Assembly (NCBI GenBank): GCA_035506355.1
Contig: DATJPP010000018.1
Location: 1 to 30,097 of the forward strand
Direction: 5' to 3'
Source: Candidatus Margulisiibacteriota bacterium
GTDB taxonomy: Bacteria > Omnitrophota > Gorgyraeia > Gygaellales > Profunditerraquicolaceae
Length of the DNA: 30,097 bases
The position numbers were made by a program, and so were the translations under genes. This document shows, piece by piece, positions 1 to 8,864 of the stretch (position 1 is the first letter of the stretch; every line of letters begins with the position of its first letter). The notes beneath the pieces are model-generated. The model did not search any database and was not told where the DNA came from. It was given only the letters and a program-made list of their open reading frames with translations.

Positions 1-23
1 TACTTTAAATTAATTAGAGCAGT

Positions 24-52
24 AAGATAGCATAATTAGCCCTTGTTGTCCA
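24..52 (-). promoter_or_regulatory. Possible sigma70 promoter for a gene beyond the left edge of the window
   Basis: Minus strand TGGACA(52-47)-N17-TATCTT(29-24), with TG extended -10, in the AT-rich gap after yqeY. The target gene is not visible. Confidence 0.3.
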
Positions 53-61
53 TAAGAAAGT

Positions 62-514
62 TTAATGAGCACTCAGCAGCCTCTCCCTTACCAGGTTGCT
101 TACTGTCTTTCCATCCGCCTGAGAACCTGTCTTGGCAGTGACTTCTTTCATGACCTTGCCCATATCCTTAATCCCGGCTGCCCCGGTAGCAATGATTACT
201 TCCTCAATTATCTTCTTTATCTCTTCCTCCGGCAGTTCCGGTGGAAGGTAGCCTTTTAGTAGCGCGAGCTCCTTCCCCTCTTTATCCGCCAGATCCTGGC
301 GGTTGCCTTTATTGAATTGCTCAATGGAATCCTGGCGTTCTTTTATCTGCTTCCTGATCACAGAAATTATCTCAGGGTCTTCCAATTTATTCTTCTTTTT
401 GGCTATAGCGACATTATTAATCTCCGCGCGCAGAAAATTCAGAACAGAGCTCTTTAAGGCATCCCTCGCCTTCATTGCCTCTTTGTAATCATTCATAATC
501 TTCTCTTCTAACAT
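62..514 (-). CDS. yqeY: GatB/YqeY domain protein
   Basis: KEAMKARD, IRKQIKERQDSIEQF..GNRQDLA, LKGYLP and KDMGKVM are typical YqeY motifs. Start moved to ATG 514, which follows AAGGAG. The track start at 544 overlaps the upstream gene. Confidence 0.92.
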   Translation of the reverse strand: MLEEKIMNDYKEAMKARDALKSSVLNFLRAEINNVAIAKKKNKLEDPEIISVIRKQIKERQDSIEQFNKGNRQDLADKEGKELALLKGYLPPELPEEEIKKIIEEVIIATGAAGIKDMGKVMKEVTAKTGSQADGKTVSNLVRERLLSAH

Positions 515-528
515 ACCCTTCTCCTTAT

Positions 529-1428
529 TTAGAAAATGAAACAACTCTTGAATTTATCCAGCCTGCCCTTGAGTTCTGCCTTATTCATCCTGCTCGTCTT
601 TTCCAGACCAAAGCCTTCCACGTTAAAAGAAGCTGCGACTGTACCATAGGCAATTGCCCTCTTTAAGTCGGCTGCGTTACTCTTCCCCCTCCTTGCCAGA
701 TACCCCATAAAGGCGCCGGCAAAAGTATCTCCTGCTCCGGTGGGGTCAATTACTTGATCTACGGGATACGCCGGGAGCGCAAAGATGAATTTAGGGCTGT
801 AAAATAGGACTCCGTGTTCGCCTTTTTTTATCAGAACCATATCCGGACCTAAAGACTTTAAATACCTGGCAGCCCTTATCAGATTATTCTCACCGGAAAG
901 GCTTCTTGCTTCCTGATCGTTGGCCACGTAAATATTGACTTCCTTAAGCAGCCTTAAGAGCTCTTTACGCTTATTTTTTATCCAATAGTTCATACTATCC
1001 AGACCCACCAGCCGAGGGGAGCGCAGCCTCTTAAGCAGGGACCTCTGTATATCCGGGTCTACGTTGGCCAGGAATATGTTCTTAATCCTGCTCTCCCTAT
1101 CCGAGATTACCGGCTTAAATACCGTAAGCACGCCCAGACAGGTATCCAGCGTAAGCGCAGTATTTAAATCTCCTTCGTATTTACCCTCCCACTTAAAAGT
1201 CTCTCCCCCGCTCCTGATAAGCGAAGTAAGTATAACCCCCTTATCCTCAAGGAATCTTATATGCCGGGGGGGGAAATCATTTCCTACTATGGCCGCAAGG
1301 TTTACCTGCGTAAACAAGCGGGCGGACATTGAGAAATGCACTGCCGAACCTCCGAGCAGGCGCTTGCGTTTGCCAAAAGGGGTCTCAACCGTATCCAAGG
1401 CCACAGTTCCTAAAACCAATATACTCAT
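529..1428 (-). CDS. PfkB-family carbohydrate/nucleoside kinase
   Basis: N-terminal GTVALD/LGGSA, IKKGEHG and the PfkB signature DPTGAGDTFAGAF. Substrate cannot be determined. Confidence 0.9.
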   Translation of the reverse strand: MSILVLGTVALDTVETPFGKRKRLLGGSAVHFSMSARLFTQVNLAAIVGNDFPPRHIRFLEDKGVILTSLIRSGGETFKWEGKYEGDLNTALTLDTCLGVLTVFKPVISDRESRIKNIFLANVDPDIQRSLLKRLRSPRLVGLDSMNYWIKNKRKELLRLLKEVNIYVANDQEARSLSGENNLIRAARYLKSLGPDMVLIKKGEHGVLFYSPKFIFALPAYPVDQVIDPTGAGDTFAGAFMGYLARRGKSNAADLKRAIAYGTVAASFNVEGFGLEKTSRMNKAELKGRLDKFKSCFIF

Positions 1429-1438
1429 CTTACTATCC

Positions 1439-2209
1439 CTACCTGAACCTAAACCAAAAAGCCACGGCTATCAATATCCTATATATGCCAAACGGGATAA
1501 AAGTATGCTTCTGGATAAAGACCAGCAAAAACCGGATAGCTATCAGCGCAACCAGAAAGGAAACTATGAGACCGACAGCCAACGCTAAATATTGAGCGGT
1601 GGTGAAAGCCTGCGCGCTCTTTAAAAGATCCAAGGCCATAGCCGCGCACATAGTGGGTATGGCAAGCAAAAAAGAAAATTCCACGATCGTCTTGCGCTTC
1701 AGCCCAACGACAAGGCCTCCGACGATAGTCGCAGCAGAGCGGGAGACTCCCGGTATAATGGCCAGCGATTGAAAAAAACCTATGAGCAACGCCTGAGGAT
1801 AGGAAATCTTTGATAATTCTTTGGCGGCATCCTCCTTCTCACGGTGGAAGAGCTCAAATAAGATAAGCACCCCACCTCCTATAAAAAGCGCCCAGAGGAC
1901 TACCGTGCTGCTATTGAGCAAAAAGTGCTTGATGAACTTATACAGTAATGCTCCGATTATGGCTGTTGGCAGAAAAGCTGCCAGTAGCTTTTTCCAGATA
2001 TCGAGCCCTCCGCGCAGTGTATTCCAATACATGGCTACCACCGCAAGTATTGCCCCGGATTGGATTGCGATCTCAAAGCTTTTCACGAATTCCGTCTGAG
2101 CAACTCCCAGATACCGGGCAGTAAGCATTAAATGCCCGGTGGAAGATACGGGCAGGAATTCCGTTATGCCTTCGACAATACCGAATATAATTGCCTGTGC
2201 TATATTCAT
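1439..2209 (-). CDS. uppP: Undecaprenyl-diphosphate phosphatase (BacA/UppP)
   Basis: GIVEGITEFLPVSSTGH, IQSGAILAV and PGVSRSAATI motifs in a hydrophobic membrane protein. Confidence 0.96.
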   Translation of the reverse strand: MNIAQAIIFGIVEGITEFLPVSSTGHLMLTARYLGVAQTEFVKSFEIAIQSGAILAVVAMYWNTLRGGLDIWKKLLAAFLPTAIIGALLYKFIKHFLLNSSTVVLWALFIGGGVLILFELFHREKEDAAKELSKISYPQALLIGFFQSLAIIPGVSRSAATIVGGLVVGLKRKTIVEFSFLLAIPTMCAAMALDLLKSAQAFTTAQYLALAVGLIVSFLVALIAIRFLLVFIQKHTFIPFGIYRILIAVAFWFRFR

Positions 2210-2221
2210 ATTTTGCCTCTC

Positions 2222-2851
2222 CTAATCAGCGTGTTCTTCCAAGAAACGCACCATCTCTGCTGCGAGAGGCGCGGCCAGGTTAAGAGATTTTCCTGTCAAC
2301 GGATGCGTAAAATTTAACTCCTTTGCATGCAGGCATAATCTCTTTGCCCTGATTTTAAAATCGCGCCTGAAAGCGAATTTTCTTTCCCCCAACACAGGAT
2401 GCCCTATATTTTTAAAATGTATCCTTATCTGGTTAGTCCTGCCGGTAAGCGGTTCTGCCTCAACTACCGCAAACTCTTTCCTCTGCTCGATAACCCGGTA
2501 ATATGTTACTGCCGGTTTGCCTTCGATGCGGTAATTTATTTCACCTTCTCTTTCAACCGGCTTGCCCTGCAGAAAAGCGATGTATCTCTTTTTTACTTTT
2601 TGGCCGTGGAAGAGGCCCATCATCTTCTGCTGCACGGACTTTCCCTTGGCGTAAATAATCGCTCCCGAAGTTTCCTTGTCTAAACGGTGGCAGGGATGAA
2701 GGCGATACGGTAAGGCCCTGGCTTTCAGGTCTTCATTAAGAATGCTGGTTAAGGTACGCTTTTCTTTTTTGGGAGTCGGGATCACTAACAAACCTGATGG
2801 TTTATCCAGCGCCACTAACCACTCATCCTCGTAAAGCACGGGGATATTCAT
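2222..2851 (-). CDS. RluA-family RNA pseudouridine synthase (no S4 domain)
   Basis: LDKPSGL, catalytic HRLDKETSG, TGRTNQIRIH and LCLHA motifs in 209 aa. Confidence 0.92.
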   Translation of the reverse strand: MNIPVLYEDEWLVALDKPSGLLVIPTPKKEKRTLTSILNEDLKARALPYRLHPCHRLDKETSGAIIYAKGKSVQQKMMGLFHGQKVKKRYIAFLQGKPVEREGEINYRIEGKPAVTYYRVIEQRKEFAVVEAEPLTGRTNQIRIHFKNIGHPVLGERKFAFRRDFKIRAKRLCLHAKELNFTHPLTGKSLNLAAPLAAEMVRFLEEHAD

Positions 2852-2852
2852 C

Positions 2853-3776
2853 CTAGACTATTTTAAGCATCCTGTCAATGGCAGTCCGTGCGCGCTCTCG
2901 GATATCATCAGAAACCCTTACTTCTTCCTTCATCTCTTCAAGGGACCAGAGAATCTTCTCCTGGGTAGTGCGCTTCATATTCGGGCAGACCGCGCGTTCA
3001 GAAGCAGGATAGAATTCCTTGCCGGGATTATCTTTTTTCAACCTGTAAATTATCCCGACCTCTGTCCCGATAATCATCTCTTTAGCGTCGGTCTCCTTGG
3101 CAAATTTGCCCATCTGGCTGGTGGAAAGCACGGCATCGGCTAAAGCCAGAACTTCAGGGATGCATTCGGGATGCGCTAAAACCTTGGCCCGCGGATGGAA
3201 TTTCTTCTCTCTCTTTACATCTTCAGGGAGAATCTTGACGTGCGTAGGGCAGAATCCGTTCCAGGCGATGAGTTCTCTGCCTGTATGCTTAGAGACATAA
3301 TCCGCAAGGTATTTATCCGGGATAAAAATAATCTCTTCCTTATCCTTTAAGGCATTGACCACTGCAACCGCATTTGTGGAAGTACAACAATAATCCAGTT
3401 CTGCCTTTACCTCGGCAGAGGTATTGACATAACCCACTGCCACGGCCCGGGGGTGTTCCTTTTTTAACTTCTTAAGGTCTAAAGCAGTAATCATATTGGC
3501 CATGGGGCATCCGGCATTGATATCAGGCATGATCACCGTCTTATCCGGGCAGAGTATGGAGGCAGTCTCGGCCATAAAATGCACGCCACAGAAAACGATC
3601 ACCTTTGCCTCTGTCTTGGCGGCAATACGGCTCAACTCCAGCGAATCACCATGAAAATCCGCAACCTCCTGGACCTCTGCGAGCTGGTAATTGTGCGCCA
3701 GGATCACCGCTTGCCGTTCTTTTTTTAATTTTCTAATCTTAGCCTCTAAATCAAACTTGAATAATTTTCCGAGCAT
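2853..3776 (-). CDS. nadA: Quinolinate synthase ([4Fe-4S])
   Basis: ILAHNYQ, GDSLELS, FCGVHFMAET, AGCPMA, YVNTSA, FCPTH, AHPEC and VCPNMK. ATG 3776 overlaps the mnmA stop (TGATG). Confidence 0.97.
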   Translation of the reverse strand: MLGKLFKFDLEAKIRKLKKERQAVILAHNYQLAEVQEVADFHGDSLELSRIAAKTEAKVIVFCGVHFMAETASILCPDKTVIMPDINAGCPMANMITALDLKKLKKEHPRAVAVGYVNTSAEVKAELDYCCTSTNAVAVVNALKDKEEIIFIPDKYLADYVSKHTGRELIAWNGFCPTHVKILPEDVKREKKFHPRAKVLAHPECIPEVLALADAVLSTSQMGKFAKETDAKEMIIGTEVGIIYRLKKDNPGKEFYPASERAVCPNMKRTTQEKILWSLEEMKEEVRVSDDIRERARTAIDRMLKIV

Positions 3777-4843
3777 CAATCCAAGACCTTTCCTATAATA
3801 CCGCCCCCTAAGACCCTATCTTTCTCGTAGAATACCGCTGATTGTCCGGGAGTAACGGCAAACTGGGGTTTAAGAAATTCGACTTTTAGCTGCTTCTTAA
3901 ATGGCATGATATTTGCCATCGCTTCCTTATGATTATAGCGTATCCTAACCCCAAGGGCAATCCTCTTTTTTGGCGACGGCATGATAAAATGCGCCTCTTC
4001 AAGCACGAAACTCTTCTTATAGGCCTCCTTGATTTTGCCGACGATAACTTCGTTACTGCGGCAATCCAGGCGGGTTATGTATAAAGGATAGCCCCTGGCG
4101 ATACCTAAACCTTCGCGCTGGCCTATGGTGTAAAAGGCAATACCCTTATGCGTCCCGAGAATTTCTCCTTGCGTATCCTTGATCAGCCCGGGCCTAAAAT
4201 ACCTGCTCATCCTTTCTTTGAGGAAGGCGCGGTAATCATTGTGCGGCAAGAAACATATATCCTGGCTGGCTGGTTTATCCGCTACGGGGAGCGAAAACTT
4301 CTCTGCCAGCCTTCTTACCTCAATCTTTGTGTATTCGCCTAGCGGGAAAATAGCATCTTTCAGTTCTCTCCGTCCCAGGCGGTATAAAAAATAGGACTGG
4401 TCTTTGGTCAGATCCCTGGCTTTCTTCAAGCAAAAATATTTGCTGCTTTTCTCTATACGCGCATAATGTCCGGTAGCCAGAAAGCGGGCCTTAAAGGCCC
4501 TGGCCTTTTGCAGCAGGAGACCGAATTTCAAGTACTGGTTGCACCTTACGCAAGGATTGGGGGTCCTGCCGCTAAGATATTGCCGGCAAAAATCATCTAT
4601 TACGTAATCTTCAAGCGCCTTGCGCATATTCAGGGTGTAATGCGGTATATCCAATTTTTGACAGACCCGGCGCGCGTCTTCTGCCGCTTGCGCTCCACAG
4701 CAGGCAGGGCGGTTCCTGCCGGAGTCAGAGAGGGAAAAACACATGGTTATGCCGATAACCTCAAAACCTTTACCCTTTAAAAGGGCGGCGGCTACCGATG
4801 AATCCACTCCTCCGCTCATCGCCACAACTACGCGCTCATTCAT
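3776..4843 (-). CDS. mnmA: tRNA 2-thiouridine(34) synthase
   Basis: AMSGGVDSS PP-loop, TPNPCVRCN, ATGHYAR, KDQSYFL, SQDICF, YTIGQR and VTPGQSAVFY. Confidence 0.97.
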   Translation of the reverse strand: MNERVVVAMSGGVDSSVAAALLKGKGFEVIGITMCFSLSDSGRNRPACCGAQAAEDARRVCQKLDIPHYTLNMRKALEDYVIDDFCRQYLSGRTPNPCVRCNQYLKFGLLLQKARAFKARFLATGHYARIEKSSKYFCLKKARDLTKDQSYFLYRLGRRELKDAIFPLGEYTKIEVRRLAEKFSLPVADKPASQDICFLPHNDYRAFLKERMSRYFRPGLIKDTQGEILGTHKGIAFYTIGQREGLGIARGYPLYITRLDCRSNEVIVGKIKEAYKKSFVLEEAHFIMPSPKKRIALGVRIRYNHKEAMANIMPFKKQLKVEFLKPQFAVTPGQSAVFYEKDRVLGGGIIGKVLD

Positions 4844-4850
4844 CTTGAAT

Positions 4851-5141
4851 TTAACTGACCTCGTCTATCCTTTTAAGATTATAATAACCCAGGACCTTCA
4901 CCTTGGCCTTGGATTTAGCCACCAGCAACTCATGGAACTCCCCCATAAAACGCTTATGCGCTCTTTCGCTCTTCCATTCATAAACCGAAACGTACTGGTT
5001 CTTAAAAGATATTCTTTGCATGGTAAAATAGGCGATGAAACCTCCGTGTTTCCTTGCCTCCCTTGCCCACATCTTGGAATCAAGGCGGTAGTCGCGCACC
5101 TCTTTCGGCTTAATTTCAAACAAGACTGCGTGGATGAACAT
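4851..5141 (-). CDS. Antibiotic biosynthesis monooxygenase (ABM/Dabb)-like protein
   Basis: 96 aa that fit the gap exactly, with a GGGGG RBS. The pattern F.I.P..., GF..Y, YVSVYEWKSERAH.RF resembles the dimeric alpha/beta-barrel ABM fold. Confidence 0.65.
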   Translation of the reverse strand: MFIHAVLFEIKPKEVRDYRLDSKMWAREARKHGGFIAYFTMQRISFKNQYVSVYEWKSERAHKRFMGEFHELLVAKSKAKVKVLGYYNLKRIDEVS

Positions 5142-5154
5142 TATCCCCCCCTAT

Positions 5155-7029
5155 TTAAGGTTTTATTTTTACCTCGACCATGCCGCGTACAGAATTACAG
5201 AGGTATACCTTATCGGCAGACTCAACTTCCTTTAAGCCTATCACCTTTTCTGTGACCAGCTTAGACTTAAGTAAATAAGCACGGAATATACCCGGCAATA
5301 ATCCTGAAGAAAGCGCAGGCGTGTAATACTTGCCTCTTGATTGGATGATTATATTAGAAAAAGAACCCTCGGTAAACTCATTTCTGCTATTAAGAAACGC
5401 TACTTCATAGTAGCCCTTTCTCCGGTAATAGGCATATTCTGAATCATATAAAGCGCGGTTAGTGGTCTTATGATAAAGCCAGATCCCGGCAGGGTCTAAT
5501 TTCTTTTTTGAAAGAATAACCAGCTTCTCCAGATGAGACGGGTCATCTTTAAGGAGAGAATACTCTACTCTGAACTTGCCATTTTTCCCCAACAAGAGTC
5601 TTATTTTATACCTTTCGTTTCCTAAGAACTTCTTCTCCGTGCATTTTAAAGAAGAAACGATCTCCCGGGGTTGAGAATAGAAATCAAAATATTCTGCGGA
5701 GCGGGCTATTCTACGCAAGTGTTCCTCCAGGAACCGGTACCCTTTTTCCCAGAGGATGGTCTCTATCAGGGAAAACTCCTTTGTTCTTTCAACGAGGAAT
5801 TTGGCCTTGAGGGAACACTCCTGGAATTCCTTATTTGGCAGGGAATCTATAACTATCCCCGAACCTACCCCCATCTCCGCTTTATTTCCGGAAAGAGATA
5901 TGGTCCTGATGGGCAAGTTGAATACTGCCCTGCCTTGAGGCCTGATTATCCCTAAGGCCCCGCAATAGACTTTCCTATACCCACGCTCTAATTCCCGTAT
6001 AATGCGCATAGAGCTTATCTTGGGGGCACCAGTGACCGAGCCCCCCGGGAAAATGCTTCTGAAGATATCAAGGTAAGTCGTGCCCTTTCTTAAGGTCCCT
6101 TTCACTGTAGAAGTAAGCTGAAATAAAGTATTATATTTCTCAACGGAAAAAAGCCCGGCCGTCCTGATACTGGAGACCCGGCAAACCCTCCCCAAATCAT
6201 TGCGGATTAAGTCTACGATCATCAGGTTTTCTGCCGTATCCTTAACGCTTCTTTTAAGCTGTGCTATCTGTTCTTTATCCTCTTCGATATCCCTCCCCCT
6301 TGCGATAGTGCCCTTTATTGGTCTTGAATATATCCTCTCTTTATCCTTCCTGAAATATAACTCGGGTGACAAAGAAATAACATAGTCGTCCTTAAATTTG
6401 CAAAATGATCCATAAGGCGTGTTCTGATTAAGCTTTAAATCCTGATAGAGCGATAAGGGAGAGCCGGAGAGATCAAACTGGTATTTACCTGTAAAATTGA
6501 CTTGGTAGGTCGAGCCTTTGCGTATATAGCTCTTTATCCTGGCTAATTTCCTAAGGTAGAGGGGTCTCGTAAAATTAAGGCGCAGGTTATCCAGACGGTA
6601 TTGCCTACCGGACCATTCGCCCTTAGCGAAAAGCCCGGGCAATTTAATATCCGTTCTTCCGGTCTTGTGGTTGAAGGTCACCGCCCTGTCAAAGACGCAC
6701 AACCGGATTAAGGGAGAGGGGTAAGATGCCGGGAGATTAAAAATCCCTTTCTCAAAATAATATCCTAATTCATAGGCAAAATATCCGGCAATATAATACT
6801 TCAGCGAGTATTTCTCTATTTTTTCAAAAGCCTCTTCCACGCGGCAGAAATTCCTGACTTCAATTATATCAATAGGTTTTGAGAAAATAAAGCTCTTGTA
6901 ATTCTCTCTGTCATAGAGGCTGCTCTCAAAAAGCAGGAAATACTCCTGTTTTTTTATATACTCCGGGTTGAGAGCAGGCAATTCAAGATGTCTTTTAACC
7001 ATATTGCTTTGGCGCTTCTTTCTTACCAT
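5155..7029 (-). CDS. pabB: Aminodeoxychorismate synthase component I fused to a class IV aminotransferase-like ADC lyase (PabB-PabC)
   Basis: SLSPELY, RPIKGT, ENLMIVDLIRNDLGR, FPGGSVTGAPK, YCGALG and GVGSGIV. The C-terminal part has LIETILW, HLRRI, HKTTNR.LY, EGSFSN, GLLPGIFR and CNSVRG. Alternative start at ATG 7002. Confidence 0.9.
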   Translation of the reverse strand: MVRKKRQSNMVKRHLELPALNPEYIKKQEYFLLFESSLYDRENYKSFIFSKPIDIIEVRNFCRVEEAFEKIEKYSLKYYIAGYFAYELGYYFEKGIFNLPASYPSPLIRLCVFDRAVTFNHKTGRTDIKLPGLFAKGEWSGRQYRLDNLRLNFTRPLYLRKLARIKSYIRKGSTYQVNFTGKYQFDLSGSPLSLYQDLKLNQNTPYGSFCKFKDDYVISLSPELYFRKDKERIYSRPIKGTIARGRDIEEDKEQIAQLKRSVKDTAENLMIVDLIRNDLGRVCRVSSIRTAGLFSVEKYNTLFQLTSTVKGTLRKGTTYLDIFRSIFPGGSVTGAPKISSMRIIRELERGYRKVYCGALGIIRPQGRAVFNLPIRTISLSGNKAEMGVGSGIVIDSLPNKEFQECSLKAKFLVERTKEFSLIETILWEKGYRFLEEHLRRIARSAEYFDFYSQPREIVSSLKCTEKKFLGNERYKIRLLLGKNGKFRVEYSLLKDDPSHLEKLVILSKKKLDPAGIWLYHKTTNRALYDSEYAYYRRKGYYEVAFLNSRNEFTEGSFSNIIIQSRGKYYTPALSSGLLPGIFRAYLLKSKLVTEKVIGLKEVESADKVYLCNSVRGMVEVKIKP

Positions 7030-8804
7030 TCAAACCTAAGACCGGACTTAACCCACCTGCCTGGCTGGAGGACCCCCCCTACTTCAGAATATTCCGTATT
7101 GCTGAAATTGTCAATTCTTAAGAAGGGCTCAAAACTAAATGACCGTCTTATTACCTTTCTTGAAATACAGAGGTTTCCTACAAAATATGTCTCACCGTAA
7201 TGCCTTTGATTATAACTTAATTCCCAACTTAGTTTATTCCCCCAAAAGGAGGAATCGATATCCATGACAAGGTGGTCCCTGAGTATATCCAGGGCGTATT
7301 TAGATAAGAAACCTGTTTCTTCCCTGACTAAGGTATTATGCGCATAAGAGAAGGAAAGCTTATCCAGGGTTACCCCCTTTAAATGGAATGCCGGATAAAA
7401 TCCGGAACTAAATTCTATACCTCGGATATCCGTTCTCCCCAGGTTAGTTGCCTGCCAGCGTTCATTGCTTGATGCGCGCGTCCAGTCTATTAAATTTCTT
7501 CCTCTCCTGTAGAAAAAATCTATGCTTAAATCCACCTGTTCCTGCCTTAAGGCAATACCCAACCCTGCATTCTCGGACTCTTCTATCCCAAGCCCGGGGT
7601 TCCCCTGGTTCCCTGCATCCGAATAATACAGTTCGGTAAAGCTCGGAAGCCTGAAGGCATACGCCAGGGATGATTTTACCTGAAGCATATTATTTAAAAG
7701 ATAACCCAAACCGATATTCCAGGAAGGCTGAAGGCCCCATTTCCGGAAATTATCTACCCTTGAGTTTATATTGACATTGAACCTTTCCCCAAAATCAGGC
7801 AGAAGTCCTGCTTTTAAACCTTCCTGCAGGCGCGAATGTTTCCCCAGATTCGTAGAATTGATCTCTTCTTCGGTAAGAGATAGCCCTAGGGATAAATCCC
7901 CTGCTCTTAAGGGAAAGGCAAAATCGGAATTTAATCCGTATACATAGGTGGTATGGTAATTAACCGAAACGGGATTATTCCTGTCCAGGATGAATTTATC
8001 TTCGTGCCGGCGCAGGTAAAGGCTGTTCTCGCAAGAGCCATCTTCTTTTTTTACGGAGAGCCCGGTTTTAAAGAGGAGCGTTCTGGTATGCTCCTCCTCC
8101 GCGGGGAAGAGGTTGGAATAAAAGCTGTCTGCGCCAAAATCATTTTTTTGAAAAGAGAGAAGGGTATTAAGGCCCAAGCCCCCCTCATCCTTGCCCAGGA
8201 ATAAGGAGGTAGTGCTAGAATCAAAATCCGTATTGGAGGTACCTCCGTTGGAGGATTTATGAGCGTAGGAAAACCTGCCGAAATATTCTTTGTGCGGCAA
8301 GCTTAAAGAGAGGCCTTCGCTGAATAAGGCATGTTCGCCGAAAGCGCTGCTTAGGCTGAATTTCCTGGTATCGGCCTTCCTGGTAATGATATTTACGCTT
8401 CCGGCAAAGGCCCCGGAGCCGTAAAGGGATGTTGCGCCTTCTTTTGTAACCTCAATCTTTTCTATATCCGCAGGAGTTAAGGGTATATCCAGGTTATAAT
8501 GCCCGCTCTGGGGGTCGTTAATCTTTAATCCATCCAGTAACACGGCAACCTGTTCAAAGGTCGAGCCTCTTAAGGAGATATCGGACTGCATACCCACAGC
8601 TCCCCGGGTGCGCAGGTCCAGACCGGCTATATTATCCAATTCTTCGCTAAAGGCTAATATGCCGCTGCCTTCCAAATCTTTGCGGCTGATACCTCCGGAT
8701 GCCCTGTTGCTCTCGTTCTTCACTACGATCCTCTCCAGAGAGAAGGGCTCGGAGAAACAGGTGCCCGGCAGAATCAAGAGTAAGATGAATGTAATCAACC
8801 ACAT
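7023..8804 (-). CDS. TonB-dependent outer-membrane receptor (BtuB-like size, substrate unknown)
   Basis: Signal peptide, TonB-box-like LERIVV, plug motifs ISLRG...LLDG..INDPQSGH and IEKIEVTKEGATSLYGSGAFAGSVNIITRK, FRLPSFTELY/GNPGL, and C-terminal GLRFEW. Confidence 0.93.
   Translation of the reverse strand: MWLITFILLLILPGTCFSEPFSLERIVVKNESNRASGGISRKDLEGSGILAFSEELDNIAGLDLRTRGAVGMQSDISLRGSTFEQVAVLLDGLKINDPQSGHYNLDIPLTPADIEKIEVTKEGATSLYGSGAFAGSVNIITRKADTRKFSLSSAFGEHALFSEGLSLSLPHKEYFGRFSYAHKSSNGGTSNTDFDSSTTSLFLGKDEGGLGLNTLLSFQKNDFGADSFYSNLFPAEEEHTRTLLFKTGLSVKKEDGSCENSLYLRRHEDKFILDRNNPVSVNYHTTYVYGLNSDFAFPLRAGDLSLGLSLTEEEINSTNLGKHSRLQEGLKAGLLPDFGERFNVNINSRVDNFRKWGLQPSWNIGLGYLLNNMLQVKSSLAYAFRLPSFTELYYSDAGNQGNPGLGIEESENAGLGIALRQEQVDLSIDFFYRRGRNLIDWTRASSNERWQATNLGRTDIRGIEFSSGFYPAFHLKGVTLDKLSFSYAHNTLVREETGFLSKYALDILRDHLVMDIDSSFWGNKLSWELSYNQRHYGETYFVGNLCISRKVIRRSFSFEPFLRIDNFSNTEYSEVGGVLQPGRWVKSGLRFEW
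7086..7114 (-). promoter_or_regulatory. Candidate internal sigma70 promoter for pabBC and downstream genes
   Basis: TTGACA(7114-7109)-N17-TATTCT(7091-7086) inside the 3' end of the receptor gene, about 55 nt upstream of the pabBC start. Confidence 0.45.
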
Positions 8805-8820
8805 GGTATTTCCGGCAATA

Positions 8821-8855
8821 AAAAACCCGACATCTAATTATATAGTTGCCGGGTT
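8821..8855 (-). terminator. Intrinsic terminator-like hairpin ending the sulfur/birA transcript
   Basis: Minus strand AACCCGGCA-A-CTA-TATAAT-TAG-A-TGTCGGGTT. The last two T's of the stem start a TTTTTATT run. Confidence 0.6.
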
Positions 8856-8864
8856 AATTGTCAA
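8837..8864 (-). promoter_or_regulatory. sigma70 promoter of the TonB-dependent receptor
   Basis: Perfect TTGACA(8864-8859)-N16-TATAAT(8842-8837), 32 nt upstream of ATG 8804. Confidence 0.8.

Noticed and set aside
2850-2878. TTGACA-N17-TAGGAT at the end of nadA
   Set aside because: The putative -10 overlaps the rluA start codon, so the transcript would start inside the gene. Probably chance.
4898-5119. Alternative-frame minus ORF (73 aa) and the similar 20610-20819 ORF
   Set aside because: They are nested in better-supported genes and have no recognisable features.
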